A stretch of 64,000 nt of DNA from TPA_inf: Saccharomyces. Taxonomy: Eukaryota. The stretch spans positions 320,001 through 384,000 of the forward strand of contig BK006939.2 in NCBI GenBank assembly GCA_000146045.2, given 5' to 3'. Positions 22,466 through 33,236 of the stretch are shown here, in pieces. The translations under genes were made by a program, and so were the position numbers. How positions within the stretch are numbered: position 1 is the first letter of the stretch; each line of letters opens with the position of its first letter. The notes under the pieces are model-generated. The model ran no database searches, was not told the DNA's origin, and saw nothing but the letters and a program-made list of their open reading frames with translations.

Positions 22466-22474
22466 CCACAGTTT
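22466..22474 (-). promoter_or_regulatory. Met31/Met32 site (AAACTGTGG on the minus strand) upstream of MET6
   Basis: ccacagttt at 22466..22474. Confidence 0.4.
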
Positions 22475-22656
22475 TGCGACCGGGAGATAGAGCGAAAGAG
22501 CTGCCATGACTGCGATGACTCTAGCGAAAAATATTGGCCTTTTGCACGTTCGCGACTAAACGAGTTCGATAGTAGTCCCGTTTCTGGTTTTTTCCCTTTA
22601 CCGGCCCACATTTTTTCACCTGACTCCGGTCCTGACGTACGACTCTGTTTGTAAGT

Positions 22657-22700
22657 CACGTGAAATATTTCCTGTGGCTTTTACTAGTAATGTGCACGTG
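22657..22700. promoter_or_regulatory. Two Cbf1 E-boxes (TCACGTGA at 22657..22662 and CACGTGA at 22695..22700) in the MET6/IES5 divergent region
   Basis: Exact CACGTG cores with the flanking T/A typical of Cbf1 sites in MET genes. Confidence 0.5.
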
Positions 22701-22854
22701 ATGTGGCGTGATGGTCCTTTACCCGGAGTGCGGGACCCTGGTTCATGAAAAATTGTGTGAAATCAACTGCATTTTTGGAAGCGAAAAAGATGATGAACCT
22801 GAGTTGAATGGCTGTGGGAAACCAATACTTGACTGATTATAAAACAAGAAAAAA

Positions 22855-23232
22855 ATGCCTAGTAAAGATCCAGAGAGCGTTATAGACAAAGAAATACGGA
22901 AGATATCAGCAAGAAATGATGAGCTTATCAAACAGGATGGGACTCTAAAAAGGGAATACACTACATTATTGAGAAAAGTATCGAGCGTGATAACGGTACT
23001 GAACAGTATTGATGATGCAGATACTGGTTCTGCTGAAACGGAACTCCCACGCTTAATATCTCAAGCAACAGTAGAGAAAGTACCCGAATTGAAGTGGTAC
23101 AATGATCAGATATCACTGATTACAGAAAAGTTGGAGGACGATGAAGATATTGAGGTTCCCGAGGAGCTAATGGATGCTTATACTCTGTACAAGGAAACCC
23201 CATTATTATATAATGATACGCACACACCATAA
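22855..23232 (+). CDS. IES5: INO80 chromatin-remodelling complex subunit, 125 aa
   Basis: Recognised 125-aa protein in the expected position. Confidence 0.88.
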   Translation: MPSKDPESVIDKEIRKISARNDELIKQDGTLKREYTTLLRKVSSVITVLNSIDDADTGSAETELPRLISQATVEKVPELKWYNDQISLITEKLEDDEDIEVPEELMDAYTLYKETPLLYNDTHTP

Positions 23233-23319
23233 CGGTTTTGTATGCTGTGGTGTAGGGAAGTGCCTGGGTCTATGGAATATTGTGACTATATACATTTATA
23301 CATGCGGCCCTTTTTTGCT

Positions 23320-26300
23320 CTAACGTGTAAAATTAGCCGGCCTTTTGTCCCTTTTGTTGTCGTGCCTGATGACATTTTCAAGCGCTCTATTGTTAATAAA
23401 TAGTCCGCAAAGAAACTTCCTAACATGTGGCTTAAACCGATACTTCGACATCATATTAAATACTTTGAAGAACATTTTCTCGTTTTCAAAAAGCCTTGGA
23501 CCGTATTTATTGTTTATTTCTGTAATCTCCTTCACTGCGTGATTTGAAAGGATATGATTGCCTAGCTGACTTACTATATGTAGTACCTTGCTCTCGATGG
23601 AGTCATCGTCATTGCGGTATTGTGTAACATAGGGAGAAGAAAGGCCTTCGTTTGCGAAAAGACTACTATTTTCACCTGAAACAGTGATAGTTTGACTTGT
23701 GATATCGTTGTCGTATTTATTAGTAATGATTTTTTCATTTAATGGATTCTCTGCGGTATCTTTCTCTTTGAGTAGTTTGTCCAAATCAAATTCGATGGGT
23801 AAGCATTTTTCTATCAAGTCGCCATCGCTTTTATTAAAAACAATCATCTCATCAGAATACTCGCCAAATGCGGACCATTTGTGTTCGTTATACGATAGAA
23901 ATCTATCGAGCCTATTTGGTAGTGCGATCCCGATAGGCTCATCTTGTACACTGACACAACAGTTCCATCCCATCTCGTCTAGAATTTCGCAACCCTCGCG
24001 GGTCATGCTGATTAATCCCAGAACATAAAATGCTGTAAACCTAACGCTGGTTACGCTGGCATTGTAGGCCACCTCGATAATATCTTCCACCAATGAGTAG
24101 TTATCTAGTAGACCTATCCCCAATTCTGTGGATCCGATAAACCCAACACACCATAATGCTGCTTTTAAGTCGAGAATTTCTTTGGCATTTTCTACTGTGG
24201 CCATATTGTTTCCGTTGACGTATTTTTTTATAACGTTCATGAAAGTAACCAAATCTCCTGTTTGGCTTAATAGTAATATTCCGTCTTCTGTTTTCGTTAG
24301 ACTTTCATAAAAATGCAATGGCAGGCGACTCTTTTGTTGAAATGTGAGGGATTTTGCATTAATTGATTCATTTTTCTTCAGGAATTCCTCCACAATATGA
24401 ACATACTCAATGTTTTTTTTAGATAACCACGAATCCCTTTCCTCCTTCACAAAATTGATTTCGTTCAACAACTGGAACCCGTATGGGCGGCTTAATAACT
24501 CGAAAAGTATTGGAGACCTAATGAATACCATTTGGTTTAAAAACATCCTAAATGAGGTGCCCAGCTCTTCAGAGCCATTGCCCGCGACAATACATTCATA
24601 TAAAGCTTGGTCTGCTACGGCGACTACGCTGGGGCTCAGGTCGTATAGTTGCCTTGTTAACATTTCCATTTTGAATTGCTGCAGTTTCACTTTATTCGCT
24701 TTTAACTTAAGATCACTTTCTTTCGTGGATAACAGTTCTTTTAGTTTATCGCCTATATGCTTTGTAGCCTCAATCCTAACTTTCTCATTGGCCACTACAA
24801 GGGCCTTGCCGATAATGACGCGGCAATGTGATGAATATTTCAAATCTAATTCTGGTATTGTTAATAATAGAAACTCAAGCCCCAGTTTCGATTCAAATTG
24901 AAACATCTTATAGATTACGGTAAAAAAATTCCACCTCGTTAGGATATGAACCCCATTCTTTGACTGCGTCAATATTCCGATGAATTTGAAGTATCCAAAT
25001 ATTATTTTTTCTCGTAGTTTATTCTTGTTGAAGATGTTGCCTGATATATTTCCCTCCATTGCTCTAAACATTAAAGACGCCAGTTGCGGTATAATTTTTG
25101 TATCATCCATAAGGATTTTCATTCCTTCTGGAGTCGCCGTTAGTGTTTTGAAAAACTGGCATCCAACTTGTACATACTTTTGAGATAATTTTGCGCCTTT
25201 ATTGACGTTGGAAAATCTCAATCTGAGTGGTCTGTAAAACACCAAAAGTCTTCTGATGAATTTGGTTGATTTAACTAATTCTTCTAGTTGCTTTTTATTT
25301 AGTAATGGTCCTTCAAGTAATTCGTTAATTATGTTCCAATTCCATCGCGTAAAATCCTTCGTTTGCAAAACTTTAGAGTCATAAACCATTCTTCTAAATC
25401 GGAAATCATCTACTTCGCGGAGAAGAGTATTCTCTTTAATATTTTTGGAAAATGATTTTATATTTTGAGCATAATCAATGCCCGACATGCCAATTGTATT
25501 CCTGTTTCTATTCATTTTATAAGCGATCTTCTTGAACTGGAATGTTTCATTGACGTAAGTGAAGTTCTCCTTGTAAATTGGTTTTGATACTGAAGTATAC
25601 TTTTTATCGACTAAATTCATTCTTAAATTAAAATATTCGGTAAGAAGATATCTGCCTTTTGCTACCAAGTGATCATCTCTATCTTCTTCGTTCAAAAGTT
25701 CAAGGAGGTGGGGTACAAATTCCGAGTTCTCCAGAATTAGCACAATTAAGGCTAGCCGTTGATTCACAGACATACACTCTTTGTAGTACTGAGATGGGAT
25801 TGGTTTGAAAGAATGAGAATGTCTGCCCCTTGGCTTGTATGGTAGTGGTTTGATTTTCAAAACATCAAGAAAGATGTCGATAAGATATTGGGCGCATATA
25901 GGAATTTGGAAGAATGACACCAGCTGTTTTAACGGTTTGAAATTGTTGTTAGAAAAAAGCATAAAGCCATTGTAGCTGTTCAAAGTTATTGAGATAAGTG
26001 TAGAAGCGTTTTGCATTTTTTCCACATTAACGTTTGACTTTGTATTTGTATCCGAAAAGACCGTGGTTAACACAGATACATTGAAATCTTCCAGAAAATG
26101 TTGCCTTGTCTTGTGTGTAGCCATTAATTGTAAAATAGTATCAAGTATTACTGATGCGAGTGAAAAAGAAGTATAATCTTGTAAAAATCCCTCGATCACT
26201 CTCATACCACGGCATTCTTTAACCATTTCAGGGGCGACAAAACAAAGTTCCAACAAAGTTTCTAATGCCATGTGCCTTAAGGAGTCTTCAGGTTTTTCAA

Positions 26301-27612
26301 CACAGCTTATTATAGCCTGCATAATGCCTTGAGTAACACCGTTGTTGTATTCAATGAATCTTCGTACCATTTTTAAGGCTTGTTCCCTTTCTATTTGAAA
26401 AGAATTATCCTTCGCAAGGGAAATAATTATGAATGCATCCAGTCTTAGCTCTAACAGCTCATCAATGAAAATCGAGCTATTTATTAGGTAACGACATACC
26501 CTATAAGCAGATGCTGCTATAAGCTTGTTTCCATTGAGAAGCAGATTTTGAATTGATGACATGAATGAAGTTAAAACCAGATCTTTTCTTATCTCTGAAT
26601 GTTCTTTCAATAAGGTGACCAGGCCATTTGCTTTTTGAGCAATGAAATCAGGGTTGACGTTCTTTTCTTGAAAACTTTGCATATAATCGCTTACAAGCCA
26701 TGTTGCCGCTTCAGTTGTTGTGGATGTGAATATTTGATTTTCGTTTTCAAGATCACCAAGATCTTTTTCAGTATCACCGGTTAAGTTTACTTTATTAGAT
26801 CCATCTAAATCTGGAATGGAAAGCGTAGAATGATTTTCGTTATTCCGTGAGTTGACGGTACTATTACGATTTAAGTTCTGCTGACTATTACGCTCAGTTC
26901 CAGAAGTGGGAGTCGTAAGATATTCATCATCAAGAGTAACTTGATCTGTCAAACTATCATGGTCGCCCAATTCTTCACTATCGTTATTTTGGCCATCATC
27001 ATTCCTGATGCTCCCCACGTCAGCCTTTATTGAGCTGGATGTTGTGAGTGATCTTTGCCTTTTCTTGTCGAACTGTTGCTTGAGGTCAAAAATATGCTTC
27101 TCAACTCTTTTTATTGAATTGTCAATTTCTCTAAGTTGAGTATTCGCTCTAATCCTCATCGAGTGCTTTTGTAAATGATTCGTAGAGTAAGATCCAGAGT
27201 ATATATCAGATATTGTAGAATCCCGAAGATGTTCGATATCGTCTTTTTTCTTGCGCAATCGAGCTAATTCTTGATATTGGTTGTTTATTTCTGCTTTAAG
27301 ATTTAAAAGTGCCTTGGTCATAGTACTTCTCGTTCGTCTTGCCATTAAGGGACTGGTCGGTGAAGGTGCACTATTTTCTAGCCTCTTGGTGGAGATAAAT
27401 GAGGTCGAGAGTACCAGATTTTGTTTATTTCTTTTGGAACTTTCATTCGTTATGGTTGATGGGCTGCTGGAGGTGATGTTCTTGGCGCTTGATATTTGGG
27501 TGCTCGAGTTATCACGGCTATGTCTAGGGGTTAACAGTGGAGTAGTATTAGTTACTGACCGGCGCCGACTTGAGAGAGGGCTACTCTGTTTTGCACTGTG
27601 AGGTATGCTCAT
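23320..27612 (-). CDS. TSC11: TSC11/AVO3, the Rictor-like TORC2 subunit, 1430 aa
   Basis: Large 1434-aa ORF whose true start is MSIPHSAKQ, 4 codons in. Rictor-family HEAT/ARM-like architecture. Confidence 0.9.
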   Translation of the reverse strand: MSIPHSAKQSSPLSSRRRSVTNTTPLLTPRHSRDNSSTQISSAKNITSSSPSTITNESSKRNKQNLVLSTSFISTKRLENSAPSPTSPLMARRTRSTMTKALLNLKAEINNQYQELARLRKKKDDIEHLRDSTISDIYSGSYSTNHLQKHSMRIRANTQLREIDNSIKRVEKHIFDLKQQFDKKRQRSLTTSSSIKADVGSIRNDDGQNNDSEELGDHDSLTDQVTLDDEYLTTPTSGTERNSQQNLNRNSTVNSRNNENHSTLSIPDLDGSNKVNLTGDTEKDLGDLENENQIFTSTTTEAATWLVSDYMQSFQEKNVNPDFIAQKANGLVTLLKEHSEIRKDLVLTSFMSSIQNLLLNGNKLIAASAYRVCRYLINSSIFIDELLELRLDAFIIISLAKDNSFQIEREQALKMVRRFIEYNNGVTQGIMQAIISCVEKPEDSLRHMALETLLELCFVAPEMVKECRGMRVIEGFLQDYTSFSLASVILDTILQLMATHKTRQHFLEDFNVSVLTTVFSDTNTKSNVNVEKMQNASTLISITLNSYNGFMLFSNNNFKPLKQLVSFFQIPICAQYLIDIFLDVLKIKPLPYKPRGRHSHSFKPIPSQYYKECMSVNQRLALIVLILENSEFVPHLLELLNEEDRDDHLVAKGRYLLTEYFNLRMNLVDKKYTSVSKPIYKENFTYVNETFQFKKIAYKMNRNRNTIGMSGIDYAQNIKSFSKNIKENTLLREVDDFRFRRMVYDSKVLQTKDFTRWNWNIINELLEGPLLNKKQLEELVKSTKFIRRLLVFYRPLRLRFSNVNKGAKLSQKYVQVGCQFFKTLTATPEGMKILMDDTKIIPQLASLMFRAMEGNISGNIFNKNKLREKIIFGYFKFIGILTQSKNGVHILTRWNFFTVIYKMFQFESKLGLEFLLLTIPELDLKYSSHCRVIIGKALVVANEKVRIEATKHIGDKLKELLSTKESDLKLKANKVKLQQFKMEMLTRQLYDLSPSVVAVADQALYECIVAGNGSEELGTSFRMFLNQMVFIRSPILFELLSRPYGFQLLNEINFVKEERDSWLSKKNIEYVHIVEEFLKKNESINAKSLTFQQKSRLPLHFYESLTKTEDGILLLSQTGDLVTFMNVIKKYVNGNNMATVENAKEILDLKAALWCVGFIGSTELGIGLLDNYSLVEDIIEVAYNASVTSVRFTAFYVLGLISMTREGCEILDEMGWNCCVSVQDEPIGIALPNRLDRFLSYNEHKWSAFGEYSDEMIVFNKSDGDLIEKCLPIEFDLDKLLKEKDTAENPLNEKIITNKYDNDITSQTITVSGENSSLFANEGLSSPYVTQYRNDDDSIESKVLHIVSQLGNHILSNHAVKEITEINNKYGPRLFENEKMFFKVFNMMSKYRFKPHVRKFLCGLFINNRALENVIRHDNKRDKRPANFTR

Positions 27613-27911
27613 TGTGAATTTCAAAAACTTAATAGAAGCGGTACAGCACGAAGCAACCTCCCTAGCGTGTACACCTACAAATTGAAGGTACCTTAGTTAT
27701 ATCCGAGAACAATAGAACTGCTTGATATTCCATCTTCCATTTCGCCGATGGATCAATCAATTTTTAAGAGAATGCAAAAAAGAAAAAGATTACAATATGT
27801 ATAATTAAAAGAAGAAAGAATGTATACGGATATACGATATGTGACCAGCCGGCAACGGCTCGTAGTTATACCATTATTTACAGTTTAAAGAGATTAAGCC
27901 AATGCGTAGTG

Positions 27912-28201
27912 CTACTTGTTGTTTTCGCTCGACAGGAGGTCTTGCAATTGCTTAGTTAGTTTGGAAGTTTCTTCGTCCATGCTCGTGTCGGTTTCTAAGG
28001 CTTGTGGAAGGCTCATGAACTCTCTAGTCTTAAATACAAACTCTCTTGCCGTTGAAATGTCAAGTGCCCAACAAAAGCCGAATATCAATGTGCTGAACGT
28101 ACCTATTGAAGCGGCGGATGCATACGTTAACGCTGACATGGCTTCATTCCTTTGGGAAAAAGGTGGAAGCTTGTAATTTTGTTGAAATATGCTGGGGACG
28201 T
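27912..28201 (-). CDS. AIM11: AIM11 exon 2, including the stop. The mature protein is 137 aa.
   Basis: A 75-aa ORF extends upstream in frame to a CAG acceptor. The spliced product VRK-Y-VPSIFQQNYKLPPFSQRNEAMSALTY... matches AIM11. Confidence 0.8.
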
Positions 28202-28276
28202 CTGCTTTCAGTAGACGGTGTTAGTAACTATATCCTATTATTAGTTTTGGCCACTGAACTAGGACAAAATACATAC
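28202..28276 (-). other. AIM11: 75-nt spliceosomal intron of AIM11, with GTATGT 5' splice site, TACTAAC branch point and a tandem AAG/CAG acceptor
   Basis: The GUAUGU donor is the revcomp of 28271..28276 and the TACTAAC branch point is the revcomp of 28219..28225. The intron is phase 1 and splicing restores a single ORF. Confidence 0.8.
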
Positions 28277-28400
28277 ATTTTCGTACTTTTATGGCCCTGG
28301 AGATAAGCCTCATGGTAATCAGGGTGAAGGCGGCCGCACCATAAAATCTGGCCATTTGAAGAACCCTGCGTTTCTTAAGTTCCTTCTTCTCTTCGATCAT
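28277..28400 (-). CDS. AIM11: AIM11 exon 1, 41 codons plus 1 nt (MIEEKKELKKRRVLQMARFYGAAAFTLITMRLISRAIKVRK)
   Basis: ATG at 28400..28398 on the minus strand. It falls below the ORF-track size cutoff and was found through the intron signals. Confidence 0.8.
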
Positions 28401-28728
28401 AGTTTCGTTTCTTGATGAAGTAGGATAGTCGTACTAATTGCTGACAAACCCGTCAAAGAATCAAGTTCCCCATCCTAATAAGTATTAAAAGCGCCAATTT
28501 TTCAAGAGACTCGCGGCTGGTGAATAACGCTGCTCCTTAGAAAAGGACAGCCAGCGGATAGCTACTCAGATCTTCGACTGACTTTATGCATTTTAGTATT
28601 TATATATTCATTCGATCTATTCTGTTTACTTAAAAATTAAAGATGAGTTGGATGTGGAAAATTCTTGACGTTCCGCTGATATTTTGTGTTGGGGTTGTTT
28701 TTGGGACCATGAGATTGCCATGAACCGA

Positions 28729-29346
28729 TCAATCTTGTCTCATCTTCAAGTATCTCTTCACCACTTCATCCTTCTTGATGATGTATACTACAGCTCCCCA
28801 GCCTGATAGAGCGTCACGGTCAGCAGCATTCAGTAGGGCCTGACTTATAGTTTCGAAAAGATCTTCTGGCTCTAGATTAGGTTCGTACAGGGACTCACAC
28901 ATACCGAACAGTTGGTCGGATGCAGTACCGCTAACGATAAAATCCTTGGCCTCGTCGATACAGCCGATTAGGTCGAATCCCGCAATAAAGGGCTTCCCGG
29001 ACTTGGAATTAATACCTGCTACCACCGGCCCCACAAAGTATGGACCGAATCTTCTTTCATAAAGTGAACTTGACACTAATTGGGTAAACGTTTCAGGCTC
29101 AATGGCCCTTTCTTCCTTCAACTTATATAGGTTCGTCTTGTAGCGGAACATCTCGTTCAGAGTAGTCACGTCGGTAGCCAGACCGGTAATCCCTAAGAAC
29201 ACATGCCCATAGTGGAAGATTTTTTCAAACTTGTTCGACACACCTAGTGACTGGCTTCCGAGACGCAAATCACAGGCAATGGCCACACAGTCTTTACCTG
29301 TCATCGCAACGACGATACCACCGTTAATAGAACTTGGATCCGACAT
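28729..29346 (-). CDS. PUP3: 20S proteasome beta3 subunit, 205 aa
   Basis: Recognised full-length protein of the proteasome beta family. Confidence 0.95.
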   Translation of the reverse strand: MSDPSSINGGIVVAMTGKDCVAIACDLRLGSQSLGVSNKFEKIFHYGHVFLGITGLATDVTTLNEMFRYKTNLYKLKEERAIEPETFTQLVSSSLYERRFGPYFVGPVVAGINSKSGKPFIAGFDLIGCIDEAKDFIVSGTASDQLFGMCESLYEPNLEPEDLFETISQALLNAADRDALSGWGAVVYIIKKDEVVKRYLKMRQD

Positions 29347-29520
29347 TTTTTTTTTATGCTTTATTCACTGTTCAATATTTTCACCACAATTCGCAAGAAA
29401 CGCACTCTACTTCGAAACTACGGTTCAAACTTACTTAGCAGCTTCCCGATTTAATTGGCCTTTCTACTATGCCATAAACTCTTTCTTCCTCTCTTTTCAT
29501 CGCCCCTGCATTTGCACTTT

Positions 29521-29529
29521 TTTGCCACC
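29521..29529 (-). promoter_or_regulatory. PACE (GGTGGCAAA), the Rpn4 site, about 180 bp upstream of PUP3
   Basis: tttgccacc on the plus strand is a 9/9 match to the PACE consensus. Confidence 0.6.
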
Positions 29530-29778
29530 GGCAGTGCCATCCGGTCACATGACTACACCACGTTAATAGCGATCTGGCTTATCATTGTCACAGAGTAAAT
29601 TAAAATGGACGGTAAATGTTGGAAATGCACCACTACCGTTCTTCAACCAATCTAGTTTAGCTATCCTGCAACAGGTGGCCTTCTTGAGCATTCCCTGAGC
29701 ATTCCAACCGGTTGTATCAGTGTTTTATCACCGTCTCACCATATCCCACGACTAGGCCACACTTCGTTACCCTATGCT

Positions 29779-29825
29779 ACGCGTCATTTCCGCTATTTCT
29801 GTCCTGGTTTGTTTACAGTACGCGT
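29779..29825. promoter_or_regulatory. Two MluI cell-cycle box elements (ACGCGT at 29779..29784 and 29820..29825) upstream of RAD51
   Basis: Exact ACGCGT hexamers 200 and 155 bp upstream of the RAD51 ATG, matching the known MCB-regulated and damage-inducible promoter. Confidence 0.65.
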
Positions 29826-29979
29826 GGTGGGACCATAAAGGGGAATAGTGGGGACTGGAGAAAAAATTTTCTCAGTTACTTCTTCTATCTTCCGTAGTTT
29901 CCATATACTAGTAGTTGAGTGTAGCGACAAAGAGCAGACGTAGTTATTTGTTAAAGGCCTACTAATTTGTTATCGTCAT

Positions 29980-31182
29980 ATGTCTCAAGTTCAAGAACAA
30001 CATATATCAGAGTCACAGCTTCAGTACGGGAACGGTTCGTTGATGTCCACTGTACCAGCAGACCTTTCACAGTCAGTCGTTGATGGAAACGGCAACGGTA
30101 GCAGCGAAGATATTGAGGCCACCAACGGCTCCGGCGATGGTGGCGGATTGCAGGAGCAAGCGGAAGCGCAAGGTGAAATGGAGGATGAAGCATACGATGA
30201 AGCTGCCTTAGGTTCGTTTGTGCCAATAGAAAAACTGCAAGTGAACGGGATTACTATGGCGGATGTGAAAAAACTAAGGGAGAGTGGGCTTCACACTGCT
30301 GAAGCGGTAGCATATGCTCCCAGAAAGGATTTATTGGAAATCAAAGGTATATCGGAAGCTAAGGCAGATAAGTTGCTAAACGAAGCGGCAAGGCTAGTGC
30401 CTATGGGATTTGTCACGGCTGCTGATTTTCATATGAGAAGATCGGAGCTGATTTGTTTGACAACGGGTTCTAAGAATTTGGACACTCTTTTGGGTGGTGG
30501 TGTGGAAACTGGTTCTATTACTGAGCTTTTCGGTGAATTCAGGACAGGTAAGTCCCAGCTATGTCACACTTTGGCCGTGACATGCCAAATTCCATTGGAT
30601 ATTGGTGGCGGTGAAGGTAAGTGTTTGTATATCGATACCGAAGGTACTTTCAGGCCGGTAAGATTGGTATCCATAGCTCAGCGGTTCGGATTAGACCCGG
30701 ATGATGCTTTGAACAACGTTGCGTATGCAAGAGCCTATAACGCCGATCATCAGTTAAGACTTCTGGATGCTGCTGCCCAAATGATGAGCGAGTCTCGGTT
30801 TTCCTTGATTGTGGTCGATTCTGTTATGGCTCTATACCGTACGGATTTTTCTGGTCGTGGTGAACTAAGCGCAAGGCAAATGCATTTAGCCAAATTTATG
30901 CGTGCTTTGCAAAGGCTGGCCGACCAATTTGGTGTTGCAGTCGTCGTTACTAACCAAGTGGTCGCCCAAGTTGATGGTGGTATGGCTTTTAATCCAGATC
31001 CAAAGAAGCCTATCGGTGGTAATATTATGGCACATTCTTCCACCACGCGATTAGGTTTCAAAAAGGGTAAGGGATGTCAAAGATTATGCAAAGTTGTTGA
31101 CTCACCTTGCTTACCAGAGGCTGAATGTGTGTTCGCGATCTATGAAGATGGTGTTGGTGACCCCAGAGAAGAAGACGAGTAG
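29980..31182 (+). CDS. RAD51: RecA-family strand-exchange recombinase, 400 aa
   Basis: Walker [10 protein letters not shown], Walker B and a RecA core, with an N-terminal acidic and Gly-rich region. Confidence 0.97.
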
Positions 31183-31697
31183 GTATTTGGTCTCTTGTCT
31201 CTATTTATTTACACAGGTTTACTTTCAATTCTCCTCTTTTTCTTAGGTTGCGTTCCGTACATTTTTATCTTCATTTCCATCCACTGTCTTAGATTTTTGC
31301 ATATATTTTGTCATATACCTCGCAACCCTACTGCGGTCTTAACCTTTTTTTTCAGTTCTTTTAAATAACTTTCGTATTGTCTGTCACCCATGAAATATAT
31401 GTATTTTTCTACTCTTCTTCCCGATGACTACTTCCTCCTGCAGGGTCCGCGCGGCTTTATCCTTTTAGGGGAGTGAAGAGAAAAATTTTCTGATATGTCG
31501 CCATCCTCTTATAAAACCAACGTAAAATACCATACACTTCTTTATGGCAATGAATTTCCTTGTCTTCGTTTCGACGTTTTTAAATTGAATAAAAAATTGT
31601 ACTTGGAAAAAAGAATAGAACAATACTTTTGCTAACAGCAAGAGAAGTACGGTTGACATTACGAGTATCCCTTTGTTAAAATCAGGCAGTACCCATA

Positions 31698-33236
31698 ATG
31701 TCCATGACTATTTGCTCAAATACTCCTGGTGCATACCCTGAAATTGGAGCTTATAATGAGGTTGATAAACAGTTGGAATCAAGCGGATTCTCCTCTGATT
31801 CCTCTCTGATATTGAATAAACCAGAAGTTCGTCAATACTGGTCATCCGTTTCATCTCATATTTCACGCTCAGGTGATGTGTTTACAAATGATAAAGAAAA
31901 AATTTCATCCTCTATTGGTGAGGATGCGATGGATATCGACGCTTCGCCCTCATTGATTGAAAAATATAACTCTTTTCCCACAAGAAAGATTCTTCCTGAG
32001 CAGGACGAGTTTGAGAACGACGTTGAGGACGATGCTTCTTCCTCACTGAAGGAAAAATCACAAGGTTCTTGTGAAATTGAAATTGCTTCTGAAATTTCAT
32101 CCGAAATTTTAAATGGCACATCGGCAGACGGTAATTCCGAGTTTCACGACTTCGCTGAGCCCCCTCCCTCTCAGAATGAATCTGTCGCTCTGTCTTTTAG
32201 TCAATCGAATGATTTGGACTTTTTGAATAATCCAAGCGGATCAGGCTCTTCAAACGATATCAATAGAAGTACAAGTTCCATTTCACTTCCTAGACATGTG
32301 TCACTAGATTTTAACGTTTACAATAGTCTTTGCCTCACAAATGAGGTGACTGCATCAGAATCACATAATGTGGCCAAATTTCACCTTGGCAAGAAAAACA
32401 AGAAGAGCTTGCTACCAAGATGGAAAACCATTGAAATGTACGGGGAGGTAGTTAAGAAAACTCAAGACATATATTCTAATTTTCAGTATGCACAATACAT
32501 TTTAAGGGTAGGGTTGGATACCGAAAAACTACACGAACTTGTTAAGGAACTGGAGGATGAAAGCAATAGCTTCTCTGTAGATTCTTTAAAGGAATATTTA
32601 GTGAACGATGCCAAAGTTATTTTGAAGAAACTAAGTGCCGTTGGATACCCTGATGCACAGTACCTTCTAGGTGACGCCTACTCCTCTGGAGTTTTCGGTA
32701 AAATAAAGAATAGAAGAGCATTTCTTTTATTCTCCGCTGCAGCCAAAAGAATGCACATCGAAAGTGTTTACAGAACTGCCATTTGCTATGAGTGCGGCTT
32801 GGGTGTAACCAGAAATGCACCGAAGGCGGTTAACTTTTTGACTTTTGCTGCAACTAAGAACCATCCTGCAGCAATGTACAAATTAGGAGTATATTCGTAT
32901 CATGGTTTGATGGGTCTTCCAGATGATATTCTAACCAAAATGGATGGTTATAGATGGTTGCGAAGGGCTACATCTATGGCTAGCAGCTTTGTTTGTGGTG
33001 CTCCTTTTGAATTAGCCAATATTTATATGACGGGATATAAAGATCTTATCATTTCGGATCCAGATTATGCTATGGCATTGTATGAGAAGGCGGCGGCTTT
33101 AGGGCATACTGAATCGGCAAGAATACTAGAAGACGCTCGCAGAAGTGGAGGGTTTGTTTCGCGAGGACATCCTCCTTCGGCACAGAAATATCATAAAACC
33201 TCCCATGAAGCTGTGGCAGCCAAAAAGTTGATTTAA
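31698..33236 (+). CDS. SHC1: SHC1, a sporulation-specific Sel1-repeat activator of chitin synthase III and paralogue of SKT5, 512 aa
   Basis: Recognised protein with C-terminal Sel1/TPR-like repeats (LGDAYSSGV, YELANIYMTG). Confidence 0.88.
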   Translation: MSMTICSNTPGAYPEIGAYNEVDKQLESSGFSSDSSLILNKPEVRQYWSSVSSHISRSGDVFTNDKEKISSSIGEDAMDIDASPSLIEKYNSFPTRKILPEQDEFENDVEDDASSSLKEKSQGSCEIEIASEISSEILNGTSADGNSEFHDFAEPPPSQNESVALSFSQSNDLDFLNNPSGSGSSNDINRSTSSISLPRHVSLDFNVYNSLCLTNEVTASESHNVAKFHLGKKNKKSLLPRWKTIEMYGEVVKKTQDIYSNFQYAQYILRVGLDTEKLHELVKELEDESNSFSVDSLKEYLVNDAKVILKKLSAVGYPDAQYLLGDAYSSGVFGKIKNRRAFLLFSAAAKRMHIESVYRTAICYECGLGVTRNAPKAVNFLTFAATKNHPAAMYKLGVYSYHGLMGLPDDILTKMDGYRWLRRATSMASSFVCGAPFELANIYMTGYKDLIISDPDYAMALYEKAAALGHTESARILEDARRSGGFVSRGHPPSAQKYHKTSHEAVAAKKLI

